The position numbers were made by a program, and so were the translations under genes. From an uncultured Desulfospira sp. (lineage in GTDB: Bacteria > Desulfobacterota > Desulfobacteria > Desulfobacterales > Desulfobacteraceae): DNA of 64,000 bases. Positions 1-9,593 of this stretch are shown here, piece by piece; the stretch's first letter is position 1; each line of letters starts with the position of its first letter. The stretch is from contig OY760175.1 of the NCBI GenBank assembly GCA_963663165.1, positions 4,544,001-4,608,000 of the forward strand. Reading direction: 5' to 3'. The notes beneath the pieces are model-generated. The model did not search any database and had not been told where the DNA came from. It saw only the letters and a program-made list of their open reading frames with translations.

Positions 1-3000
1 GAGATATACCCTGATCCGGTAATGCCCCCGGCCGTGATGTAAACGGAACCGCCGGCTCCCCCGCCGGTATACCCGTATCCGCTATAGCCGTTGGCCCCGT
101 TGGCCAGGATATTTCCATTCAGGTTGAGGGTTCCGCCTACGGTCAGTTTGACAGCCCCGCCGCCGGCACCGCCGTCACGGTCGTAATAGGTGTTGTTACC
201 GCCGCCGCTGCCAAAAGCCGTAGGTTCGGCAATATCCCCATAGCTTTGACCGGCATCGGCATATTGCCCGCTGCCGCCATGTCCACCGTGTCCGGCACCA
301 CCGGTACCGGAAGAACCGGCATAATCATTTCCCTGGCCCGGGCCTTCTCCACCGGCATAACCCTTCTCGCTGACATCAATACTGGAACCCGATTCAATGG
401 TCATATCACCGGTGATGGTCAGGTTTAAAGTGTATTCCTGGTTTGTGCCGTTGGCTGGATGGCTGAGCGCTGTATTCCCGGTAATGGCCAGGGAGCCTAT
501 GGAAACAGATCCGGCAGGCTCCAGGGAAACCATACCGCCACCCTGGATACTGACGGTTTCATATGTGCCGGAAATGGGGGTTGCCCCGCTGGTGATCCCA
601 TTGTTGGCAATTTGTAACTCTGAACTATTATCTTGTAGTGATTTCAGGTAAATGGTGCCGGTACCGCCACTTTCATTGCCGGTTGTTCCATAAGCAGATA
701 TATCGACGGTGTCGTCAAGGCTGGTATAATAAACGGCAATCCTTCCGCCGGCCCCACCGCCGCCGCTGTAGTAGCCGGTGCCGCCATTGGCTGAGATATA
801 CCCTGATCCGGTAATGCCCCCGGCCGTGATGTAAACGGAACCGCCGGCTCCCCCGCCGGTATACCCGTATCCGCTATAGCCGTTGGCCCCGTTGGCCAGG
901 ATATTTCCATTCAGGTTGAGGGTTCCGCCTACGGTCAGTTTGACAGCCCCGCCGCCGGAACCGCCGTCATGGTCGTAATAGGTGTTGTTACCGCCGCCGC
1001 TGCCGATAGTCGTGGGTTCGGCAATGTCCCCATAGCTTTGACCGGCATCGGCATATTGCCCGCTGCCGCCATGTCCACCGTGTCCGGCACCACCGGTACC
1101 GGAAGAACCGGCATAATCATTTCCCTGGCCCGGGCCTTCTCCGCCGGCATATCCTTTTCCACTGACATCAATGCTGGAGCCTGATTCAATGGTAATATTG
1201 CCGGTGACAGTCAGGTCTAACGTGTATGCCTGGTCGGTGCTGTTAGGCCTATGGGTGACCGCCGTCTCTCCGGTGATGGTCAGCGATGCCATGGAAACGG
1301 ATCCGGTCTGTTCCAGAGCCATTTCCCCGCCGCCCCGGATGACGACCTCTCCATATTCACCGGAAATTGGGGTGGTACTTGAGGTGTTGCCGTTGTTGTC
1401 AAGGTACAGGCTGCCGTTGCTGCTGTCCGACGATTTCAGGTAAATGGTGCCGATTCCGCCGTATTCATATCCCGATCCGCCATATGCGGACATGGTGATA
1501 TTGGGATCAAGGGCGCCATAGTACACTGCGATCCGGCCGCCAGCCCCGCCGCCTGCAACATTGCTGTATCCATTCCCGCCATGAGCCGTAACCGAACCGG
1601 AGCCTGTAACTGTCCCGGCAGTCAGATAGACTGAGCCGCCGGCCCCGCCGCCGGCATAGTATTCCCCATTTCCCCCGTCAGCCAGAATGTCACCATTGAG
1701 GATGAATACGCCATTAACAGTCAGTTTTAAAGCCCCGCCGCCGGAACCCCCATTATAATTGTCTCTGTTGCCGCCGCCGCTTCCTATGGTGACCGGTTCT
1801 GCCAGGCTCCCGTAGCTTCCTCCGCCGTCGGCATAATTGGAAGAACCGCCATTGCCGCCATGGCCGGCCCCGCCCGGATAATTTGAGGCGTTTTCCCCCT
1901 GGCCTGTGCCCTCTCCTCCGGTATACCCCCTGGAACTGACATCGATGCTTGAACCCTCTTCAATCTCCATATTGCCGGTAACGGTGAGGTCCAGGGTGTA
2001 GGTCTGGTCCGTATCGTTGGCCGGGTGGGTTAATTTTGTATTTTCACTGATTAAAAGAGAGGTCATGGAAACCGGATCGGTCTGGAGCAGGGATAGGGTT
2101 CCGCCGCCGCGGATGGTCACGGTTTCGTAAGTGCCTGAAACCGGCGTCACCCCGATGGTGTATTTATTGGTTAAAAGAAGCAGTTCTGAACTATTGGTTT
2201 CAGAGGATTTCAGGTAAATGGTGCCGGTTCCGCCGTATTCATATCCGGATCCGCCGTATGCGGACATGTCGATAGTGGCATCAAGGGAGCCATAGTACAC
2301 CGCGATCCTTCCGCCGGCCCCGCCGCCTGCAACATTGCTGTATCCATTCCCGCCATGAGCCGTAATCGAACCGGAGCCTGTAACTGTCCCGGCAGCCAGA
2401 TAGACTGAGCCGCCGGCCCCGCCGCCGGCATAGTATTCCCCATTTCCCCCGTCAGCCAGAATGTCACCATTGAGGGTGAATACGCCATTAACGGTAAGTT
2501 TTAAAGCCCCGCCGCCGGAACCTCCGTTATAACTATCTCTGTTGCCGCCCCCGCTTCCTATGGTGACCGGTTCTGCCGGGCTCCCGTAACTTTCTCCGCG
2601 GCCGGTATACATGGCGCGGCCGCCATTACCGCCATGGCCGGCCCCGCCCGCGTAATTGGTTGAGTCTTCCCCCTGGCCTTCGCCCTCTCCTCCGGTATAT
2701 CCCCTGGAACTGACATCGATGCTTGAGCCCTCTTCAATCTGCATATTGCCGGTAACGGTGAGGTCCAGGGTGTAGGTCTGGTCCGTATCGTTGGCCGGGT
2801 GGGTTAATTTTGTATTTTCACTGATTAAAAGAGAGGTCATGGAAACCGGATCGGTCTGGAGCAGGGATAGGGTTCCGCCGCCGCGGATGGTCACGGTTTC
2901 GTAAGTGCCTGAAACCGGCGTCACCCCGATGGTGTATTTATTGGTTAAAAGAAGCAGTTCTGAACTATTGGTTTCAGAGGATTTCAGGTAAATGGTGCCG

Positions 3001-4330
3001 GTTCCGCCGTATTCATATCCGGATCCGCCGTATGCCGACATGTCGATAGTGGCATCAAGGGAGCTATAGTACACCGCGATCCTTCCGCCGGCCCCGCCGC
3101 CTGCAACATTGCTGTATCCATTCCCGCCATGAGCCGTAATCGAACCGAATCCCGTAATGGTTCCGGCAATAAGGTAGACGGAACCGCCGGAACCACCGCC
3201 GGCATAGTAGCTTCCATTTCCCCCGTCAGCAAGTATGTCACCGTTGAGGGTGAATACGCCATTAACGGTCAGTTTTAAAGCCCCGCCGCCGGAACCTCCG
3301 TTATAACTGTCTCTGCTGCCGCCCCCGCTTCCTATGGTGACCGGTTCTGCCGGGCTACCGTAGCTTTCTCCACGGCCGGTATACCTGGCGCGGCCGCCAT
3401 TGCCGCCATGGCCGGCCCCACCCGCGGAATTGGTTGAGTCTTCCCCCTGGCCTGTGCCCTCCCCTCCGGTATATCCCTTGGAACTGACATCGATACTTGA
3501 ACCGTCTTCAATCTGCATATTGCCGGTAACGGTGAGGTCCAGGACGTAGGTCTGGTCTGAGTTGTTGGCGGGATGGGTCACCTGTGTATTTTCACTGATT
3601 AAAAGAGAGACCATGGACACCGGATCGGTCTGCATTAAGGCGATGGTGCCGCCGCCGCGGATGGTCACGGTTTCATAGGTGCCTGAAACCGGTGTTACCC
3701 CGCTGGTGTTGCCGTTGTTTAAAATAAGCAGTTCTGAAAGATCACTTCCGGATGCCTTCAGGTAAATGGTGCCTGGTCCGCCGCATTCATATCCTGACCC
3801 GCCAAAAGCCGACATGCCGACAGTGGCATCAAGGGTGCCATAATAAACTGCGATCCTTCCGCCGGCCCCGCCGCCGCCCGCTCCGTTTCCGCCGTTTCCG
3901 CCGTCAGCCGAAACCGAACCGGATCCTGTAATGGTTTCGGCCGTAAGGTAGACGGAACCGCCGGCCCCGCCTCCCGAATATGTGCCTGCGTATGCGCCAT
4001 TTGCAAGAATATCGCCATTCAGGGTTAAGGTGCCGTTAACCGTAAGTTTCAATGCCCCGCCGCCGGAACCACCGTTATAATTGTCTCTGTTGCCGCCGCC
4101 GCTTCCCAAGGTTACCGGCTCAGTCACGTTGCCATACCCCTGTCCACCGGCGGCGGAGATGGAGCTCCCGCCGTTTCCGCCGTGCCCGGCACCACCCGCA
4201 TAATTGCTTGCGTCTTCACCCTTGCCGGGACCGTTTCCGGCCGTATACCCTTTGCCGCTCAAATTAATGCGTGAGCCGGCTTCAATAAGGGCATCGCCTG
4301 TAATTGTAATATCAAGGGGATTGCGCAAGG
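1..4330 (-). repeat. Tandem intragenic repeats, 774-792 bp period (258-264 aa), at least 6 units
   Basis: GAGATATACCCTGATCCGGTAATG recurs at 1 and 793. TCAGGTAAATGGTGCC recurs at 644, 1436, 2210, 2984 and 3758. Confidence 0.9.
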
Positions 4331-4652
4331 CGTCATCCGGCCCCGAATGGGTAAGGACCGCATTGTTGATCAGGTTTATCTGTGTAAAACTGTGAGTGCC
4401 GTCCACTGTAAGGGTGCAGCCATCAACCGTTATGGCCTGGTTGTCGTATGATGAATCATTGGCAGCGATAGACGCGGCTGAGGAAAAGGTCGTCTCTTCT
4501 GCATCATTGACCGGTACGAAAATCATGGAGCAGGTCATCAGCAGCGTAAACCATAAGCAAAAGATGCTTAAACGGCCACGGGTTTGATTTAAATTATGTT
4601 TCCATTCAAATATAGAAGATCGATTTTTTCCGGTCGAAGCTGAAAACTGCAT
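1..4652 (-). CDS. Giant exported Gly-rich repeat protein (3' end beyond the window; ~1550 aa visible), N-terminal paralog of 9594..25337
   Basis: Manual translation from ATG 4652 (upstream AGAGGG) gives MQFSASTGKNRSSIFEWKHNLNQTRGRLSIFCLWFTLLMTCSMIFVPVNDAEETTF...TVDGCTLTVDGTHSFT. The same frame reads GAGGSVYITAGGITGSGYI at 59..3. It is absent from the ORF track, consistent with no stop inside the window. Confidence 0.9.
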   Translation of the reverse strand, partial: MQFSASTGKNRSSIFEWKHNLNQTRGRLSIFCLWFTLLMTCSMIFVPVNDAEETTFSSAASIAANDSSYDNQAITVDGCTLTVDGTHSFTQINLINNAVLTHSGPDDALRNPLDITITGDALIEAGSRINLSGKGYTAGNGPGKGEDASNYAGGAGHGGNGGSSISAAGGQGYGNVTEPVTLGSGGGNRDNYNGGSGGGALKLTVNGTLTLNGDILANGAYAGTYSGGGAGGSVYLTAETITGSGSVSADGGNGGNGAGGGGAGGRIAVYYGTLDATVGMSAFGGSGYECGGPGTIYLKASGSDLSELLILNNGNTSGVTPVSGTYETVTIRGGGTIALMQTDPVSMVSLLISENTQVTHPANNSDQTYVLDLTVTGNMQIEDGSSIDVSSKGYTGGEGTGQGEDSTNSAGGAGHGGNGGRARYTGRGESYGSPAEPVTIGSGGGSRDSYNGGSGGGALKLTVNGVFTLNGDILADGGNGSYYAGGGSGGSVYLIAGTITGFGSITAHGGNGYSNVAGGGAGGRIAVYYSSLDATIDMSAYGGSGYEYGGTGTIYLKSSETNSSELLLLTNKYTIGVTPVSGTYETVTIRGGGTLSLLQTDPVSMTSLLISENTKLTHPANDTDQTYTLDLTVTGNMQIEEGSSIDVSSRGYTGGEGEGQGEDSTNYAGGAGHGGNGGRAMYTGRGESYGSPAEPVTIGSGGGNRDSYNGGSGGGALKLTVNGVFTLNGDILADGGNGEYYAGGGAGGSVYLAAGTVTGSGSITAHGGNGYSNVAGGGAGGRIAVYYGSLDATIDMSAYGGSGYEYGGTGTIYLKSSETNSSELLLLTNKYTIGVTPVSGTYETVTIRGGGTLSLLQTDPVSMTSLLISENTKLTHPANDTDQTYTLDLTVTGNMEIEEGSSIDVSSRGYTGGEGTGQGENASNYPGGAGHGGNGGSSNYADGGGSYGSLAEPVTIGSGGGNRDNYNGGSGGGALKLTVNGVFILNGDILADGGNGEYYAGGGAGGSVYLTAGTVTGSGSVTAHGGNGYSNVAGGGAGGRIAVYYGALDPNITMSAYGGSGYEYGGIGTIYLKSSDSSNGSLYLDNNGNTSSTTPISGEYGEVVIRGGGEMALEQTGSVSMASLTITGETAVTHRPNSTDQAYTLDLTVTGNITIESGSSIDVSGKGYAGGEGPGQGNDYAGSSGTGGAGHGGHGGSGQYADAGQSYGDIAEPTTIGSGGGNNTYYDHDGGSGGGAVKLTVGGTLNLNGNILANGANGYSGYGYTGGGAGGSVYITAGGITGSGYISANGGTGYYSGGGGAGGRIAVYYTSLDDTVDISAYGTTGNESGGTGTIYLKSLQDNSSELQIANNGITSGATPISGTYETVSIQGGGMVSLEPAGSVSIGSLAITGNTALSHPANGTNQEYTLNLTITGDMTIESGSSIDVSEKGYAGGEGPGQGNDYAGSSGTGGAGHGGHGGSGQYADAGQSYGDIAEPTAFGSGGGNNTYYDRDGGAGGGAVKLTVGGTLNLNGNILANGANGYSGYGYTGGGAGGSVYITAGGITGSGYI

Positions 4653-4905
4653 CCTGTGCCCTCTTTATCTCAATATCCATGTTCTGCATTCATAGTCGCC
4701 AAATTCACAAATCCGCAGGTATGTCTATTTTCAACCCCATTTTCGGCATCGCATATGGCCCAGAACTTGATCCTGCCGACGGATACCCGGATTGATGCAC
4801 CGGTTTTGAATGGTGCTGCCCCGGTCCGGAACGGCATACAGATGTCGTTGACAGTGAAAATATATCTTTTAAGCGAATCCGCTCTGTCGTCAGTGGATTA
4901 GTATT

Positions 4906-4921
4906 TGCAAAAACTATGCCT
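4906..4921 (-). promoter_or_regulatory. Sigma-54 (-24/-12) promoter for the 1..4652 gene
   Basis: Minus strand AGGCATAGTTTTTGCA = GG-N10-GC, with GGCA and TTGCA matching the consensus. Confidence 0.7.
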
Positions 4922-4999
4922 GTGATCATGATGTTTGAAAGATCTCATTAATTCAATACGATACCTTTTTGAGCTATTATTTTGAGGATGGCGTTTTGG

Positions 5000-5053
5000 G
5001 AAAAAAATGTGAACTATTATGTAAAAGATTTCACAATAAGAAAAAGTTTTCCT
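5000..5053. promoter_or_regulatory. Putative enhancer (bEBP binding) block
   Basis: TGTAAAAGATTTCACA (TGT-N10-ACA) at 5020-5035, in a block alignable with 26478-26532. Confidence 0.6.
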
Positions 5054-5295
5054 AAAAATAGGTTTCGATAAAGGCGTGATTCGAACAGAAAATTGGATGG
5101 GGATGTTCTGTGTTCTTGATCCCAGTGCCCATGACACCCGGATGCCTTCCCCCCTATCAAAGAATATTCAAAATATATCGTAACTATTCAGCTAATGCTG
5201 AAAACTAAGCAAAACTGCCTGAAAACGACCCAAATCTTATGATCTGTAATTCGGCACCAGTTATGACCCGGGTTTTTGTCCGTGACAATTAACCG

Positions 5296-8200
5296 TTATT
5301 CCGCTGTGCAGCCTAGAAGAACCACAAAATACGGAAAGTCCAGGTGGTCGATCTTGTAGTCGCCGTTAAAATCAGCCTTATGATAGAGCTCAAAATTCGG
5401 ATCTCCTGAGTCATATTCAATTCCGATAAGCCGGCTGAAAACAAGGATATCCTGGCCGTCCACATCATTGTCGCCGTCAAGGTCCGCATCTGAACAGGCC
5501 CCGGTGAAACGGTAGCCGAAGATGTTGGTGAACAGTTCAAGGTCTTGTTCATTAATGACGCCGTCGCTGTTAAAGTCGGCATCGGCATCAAACCCGTCAT
5601 CGGCTGATGTCAGGTGAAGCAGGGACATGAGCCGGAAAAGATCGCTTCCGTCGATGTCCAGATCCCCGTCCAGGTCACCGTACCGGGGCGGATAGGGCGG
5701 TCTGCTGGAGGCATTCAGCGGATCGGTTTTGGCGTAAAATTCCTCGCCGTCAGAGTAACTGTCTTTATCCGTATCGCTGTCAAAGGGATCCGTGCCATAG
5801 GCAATTTCCAGGCCGTTGCTCAGATCGTCGTTGTCGGCATCGGCGTCTTCGGCAAATGTGGTGAACTGCCAGACCGGGCCTTGGGTTACCTGGCTATAAC
5901 TGTCCGTGGCCAGGACCTGCCACCAGTAGGTGGTGCTGAACCCCTCTAATGCCAGCAGACATCCGGTATCCGGCAGATTTTCACAATTTTCATCAATGGT
6001 AAAGCTGCCGTCCTCTGTTTTGTACCGGACGGTATAGGTCACCGTATCCCCATCATCCGGGTCCCCGCCGGTCCAGGACAGGGCCAGGTCAACGGACAGA
6101 CCGGTTTGCCCATCTGAAGGTGTGGGGGCTGAAGGATCTGACGGCTTATAGTTGACGGTGATGGCGCCGGCCGCGTAATCGGAAATTGTGCTGGTGTTAT
6201 CGGAAATCCGGGCATACAGGTAATAGGTGCCGCCGGCAATGCCGGAGAGGTTCCAGTCATAGGTATCGCCGGATTCATCAGAATCTTCGGAAATACCGGA
6301 GATGATCAGGGTGCCGTCCTCTCCTGAATCGTCGGTGTCATAGTACAGGGAGATTTGGGCATCGGAATCCGGGTCTGTATCTTCCCATGAAATGGTGCAT
6401 ACAGTATCAGGCCCTTCAACCGTGATGACCTTGTCCGTATCCGGTGCAGTCAAAATGACGGTCGGCGGATCATCGGTGGTATCCTCTTTAACAAAAAATG
6501 CCTGGGCGTCGCTCCAGTCGCCTTCAATGCCGTGGGCGTCGACCAGTTTTGCCCGCCAGTAATACCAGGCGGCGTTTTCAAGTTCCCGGGAAACCGTTAA
6601 GGACAGGGTGTCTGACGATTCATCAAACGCCAGATCAGTCAGATGTTCATCCGTATACACTTCAACCATCATTTCCACGGCATCATTGTCCGGGTCTTCA
6701 ACCGGATGAACCGACAATACAGGTGTTAACTGATCGGCCCAGGACAGGTTCCCCGGGTTTTTAAGCACAGGGATTCCCGGGGCATCGTTATAGGTGTTGA
6801 CAAAGAATTGGCCCGCCACCCACTGGCTTGCCGATTCGCTGTCACGGGATCTGGCCCGCCAATAGTAAACCGTGTTGTCGGCCAGGTCCTGCACCTGCCA
6901 TTGCACCGTATCTTCTGAAACCGTGATCTCACCGGACCCGGTCCCTACAGGGTCGCTTGCGCTGAAATTTTTTGAAGTGTCAATCTGGAAGTCATAATTT
7001 ACTTCTTCCCCGTCCGGGTCGCTGACAGGGCTGACAGACAGCATAACCGATATGGTTTTTACTTCACTTCCGGTTGCCGGTGAATCAATTTCAGGTGCCG
7101 GCGGGGTATGGTTGGCGGTGTTTACGGTAAAGGAAGAGAGTTCACTGGTCACCGGGTTCCCTTCAATATCTTCAACGGTTACCTGCCAGTGGTAAGAACT
7201 GCCGTTTTCAAGATCTGCGCTAACCTGGAAGGAGACCATGCCGGATGCTTCATCCACACTGCCCTGGCCTGAATCCACTATCTCATTCTGGTCCGAATAA
7301 ACCGAAAAGGTATAGGTCAGGGAATCGCCCTCCGGATCAGTGCTGAACCCGGACACAAGGACCGGAGTGAGCGAATCCACACTCCCGGATTCCTCCGGGG
7401 TCAGCAGTTCAACCGCTCCCGGCGGATCATTGGCTTCACTGACCAGAAATGATCCATGGGTCCAGAAGGAATAGGCCGTGCCGTCAAAGGCTCTTACCCG
7501 CCAATAATAGGTCTGGTCTTCCACAAGGGTTTCAGTGACGGTCCATAAAGCGATATTGCCCGATTCCGTGACACCGCTTTGACTTTCCACAGGTGTGGTG
7601 TATCCGGCGTCTGAAAAGAGTTCAAATTCATAGGTTAAAATATCGCCATCGGCATCTGTGCTGCAAAGAACCGACAGGTCCGGATTAAGTGAAGTTACAA
7701 TGGTACCGGGTTCGGGTGCATTGATAACGGGAACGCTGGGGGCGTTTTCGGTTCCGGTGGGATTGGTGCCGTTTAAAAATTCATCCAGATCTGAAATGCC
7801 GTCACCGTCAAAGTCGCCGGTGCCGTCCCGGTCCAGGGTGCCGAAATGTTCCTCCTCCCACTCATCGTCCATGCCGTCACAGTCTATATCATTGACAGGG
7901 CAGATGGTCAGGGTGGCGGTCTGGGAGTCGGTCAGGGCTCCGTCCGAGGCCTTGAACTTGATGGCATAGGATCCGGCCTGGCCAATGGCCGGGATCCAGT
8001 CAAACCGGCCTATGCCCTCGCCGATAGTCGTAAATGTCGCCCCTTTGGGCAAGGCTGAGGTGGAAAGGGCCGGGATGGTACCGTTGGGATCAGTGGCCTG
8101 GACAATAAAAGAGAGCAGCTGCTCTTCAGGTTTTTGTTTGTTTTCGATGTACTGAAGCACCGGTGCCTGGTCCATCTCTTCGGGATCTTCAAACACGATG

Positions 8201-9570
8201 GTATAGGTGGTGTAAGAGCTGATTTGGCTGTTCTCCTCCTTTGTATAGGTAACGGGGGTGTTTACGTCAAACAGGTAAACATAATACATCCACACCTTGT
8301 CGCCCTGCTCATTGTCTTCTTTGGTCTGGTAGAGCCAGACGTTGTCCTCTGATATCGCTTTGCCGTCGGACCGGGTGGCGGACAGGATAACCTTTTCTCC
8401 GTCCAGTGGGTCAGAAAGCTTGGCCACCATGGGGCCGCTCGTGGTGGCCAATACGGTCAGGGTATAGGTGTCCCGGGTGCCGCTGGTTCCGCCTGCTGTC
8501 AGGGTGGCAGAACTGCTCCGGTCGGTTACGCCGGTGTCCAGATTATCGGATTCGTAAACGGTATAGGTGCCCCCTTCCAGGGATAGAAAATCCCGGATGT
8601 CGTCTCTGCCGGGCAGGTCCACCCATACATCATGGACCAGGAAATGGGTGTTCACCGAATCTATCAGGGAGGTCAGTTCCCCGCCCAGTTCGTCGGAATG
8701 GGTAAACTCGGCGGTAAATTCCGTAAATGTCCCGTAAAGGGAGCAGGCCATGATCCACCGGGCCGTGCCGGCCTCATTGGGCTCGATATCCCCAAAGTCC
8801 ACCAGCAGGCTTGGGGTCTCTTCCTCTCCATTAACTTCGCTGCCCTGGATGTAAAAGTTGACCAGCAGCCCCTGTTTGTTGTCGATGATTTTGGGCTGGG
8901 CCGATTCTATTTTCAGGGCGTTGGCCGCGCCGGCACCGGCATTGCTGACCCTCACCCCCAACGAAAACGGGATTTCCGCTTCTATCTCACTGGTGAAGGG
9001 ATCATCCCCGTAAACATCGTGGGGAATGAAATAATCCAGCACCAGGTCAGGCATGGGTTTAACATAAATATAGTCCGGATCCACCTCAGTGACATGCTCT
9101 TCCCCGCCAAGGGTATAGATCAGCCGAGCCCCCACATAGTAAAGGGTGCCGGACTCAAGGCCGTTGCTCGCCCCCTGGGCCGGGATGATCAGCCAGTGGA
9201 TGTCGGCCACGGTATCGGGTTCCACGATGCCGTCCCCGTTAACGTCATCAATGTTGCTCATGGTATCGATCCGGATGAAAAATTTGGCATCGGTATTGCT
9301 CGAATCCGAAGACGCCAGCACATTCTCGCCGTCCTCATCGGCAAAGGAGACCTGGATCTCCACATCCTCCAGAGAAACATGGGTCAGTCCGTTGGTGATC
9401 TTCATATGGGCATCAAAGGCCTGGCGCTCAAGGGTCAGCTCCTGGTCGATCTGAATTCTTACCGTGGCGCATACGCTCTCGTCAGCTAGGGCATTTCCAA
9501 GGAGAAACAAACATGCGAAGGTGAAGGCGGCCAGGGCAATCACACTGGTTATATATCTGTTTTTTTTCAT
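5296..9570 (-). CDS. Large exported acidic protein with Ig/cadherin/FN3-like domains, DxDxDG Ca-binding repeats and C-terminal dockerin/EF-hand-like repeats
   Basis: Start reassigned to MKKNRY at 9570 (AAGGAAA upstream, signal peptide ...GNALA). Contains DIDCDGMDDEWE/DFDGDGISD repeats, TYYWRVRA FN3-like strands and four D-[LF]-[DN]-x-D-x-x-[IV]-[DN]-x-x-D motifs at the C-terminus. Confidence 0.9.
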   Translation of the reverse strand: MKKNRYITSVIALAAFTFACLFLLGNALADESVCATVRIQIDQELTLERQAFDAHMKITNGLTHVSLEDVEIQVSFADEDGENVLASSDSSNTDAKFFIRIDTMSNIDDVNGDGIVEPDTVADIHWLIIPAQGASNGLESGTLYYVGARLIYTLGGEEHVTEVDPDYIYVKPMPDLVLDYFIPHDVYGDDPFTSEIEAEIPFSLGVRVSNAGAGAANALKIESAQPKIIDNKQGLLVNFYIQGSEVNGEEETPSLLVDFGDIEPNEAGTARWIMACSLYGTFTEFTAEFTHSDELGGELTSLIDSVNTHFLVHDVWVDLPGRDDIRDFLSLEGGTYTVYESDNLDTGVTDRSSSATLTAGGTSGTRDTYTLTVLATTSGPMVAKLSDPLDGEKVILSATRSDGKAISEDNVWLYQTKEDNEQGDKVWMYYVYLFDVNTPVTYTKEENSQISSYTTYTIVFEDPEEMDQAPVLQYIENKQKPEEQLLSFIVQATDPNGTIPALSTSALPKGATFTTIGEGIGRFDWIPAIGQAGSYAIKFKASDGALTDSQTATLTICPVNDIDCDGMDDEWEEEHFGTLDRDGTGDFDGDGISDLDEFLNGTNPTGTENAPSVPVINAPEPGTIVTSLNPDLSVLCSTDADGDILTYEFELFSDAGYTTPVESQSGVTESGNIALWTVTETLVEDQTYYWRVRAFDGTAYSFWTHGSFLVSEANDPPGAVELLTPEESGSVDSLTPVLVSGFSTDPEGDSLTYTFSVYSDQNEIVDSGQGSVDEASGMVSFQVSADLENGSSYHWQVTVEDIEGNPVTSELSSFTVNTANHTPPAPEIDSPATGSEVKTISVMLSVSPVSDPDGEEVNYDFQIDTSKNFSASDPVGTGSGEITVSEDTVQWQVQDLADNTVYYWRARSRDSESASQWVAGQFFVNTYNDAPGIPVLKNPGNLSWADQLTPVLSVHPVEDPDNDAVEMMVEVYTDEHLTDLAFDESSDTLSLTVSRELENAAWYYWRAKLVDAHGIEGDWSDAQAFFVKEDTTDDPPTVILTAPDTDKVITVEGPDTVCTISWEDTDPDSDAQISLYYDTDDSGEDGTLIISGISEDSDESGDTYDWNLSGIAGGTYYLYARISDNTSTISDYAAGAITVNYKPSDPSAPTPSDGQTGLSVDLALSWTGGDPDDGDTVTYTVRYKTEDGSFTIDENCENLPDTGCLLALEGFSTTYWWQVLATDSYSQVTQGPVWQFTTFAEDADADNDDLSNGLEIAYGTDPFDSDTDKDSYSDGEEFYAKTDPLNASSRPPYPPRYGDLDGDLDIDGSDLFRLMSLLHLTSADDGFDADADFNSDGVINEQDLELFTNIFGYRFTGACSDADLDGDNDVDGQDILVFSRLIGIEYDSGDPNFELYHKADFNGDYKIDHLDFPYFVVLLGCTAE

Positions 9571-9593
9571 TGTCTTTTCCTTAGAATTTGACG

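Noticed and set aside
143..4587. Many short ORFs on both strands, recurring with the repeat period
   Set aside because: Alternative-frame and antisense shadows of the giant Gly-rich ORF. The same applies to the 71-aa ORFs at 22262, 23084, 23906 and 24728.
4656..5137. Short ORFs 4656..4901, 4705..4929 and 4898..5137
   Set aside because: No recognisable motifs or good RBS; they overlap the predicted promoter, enhancer and leader.
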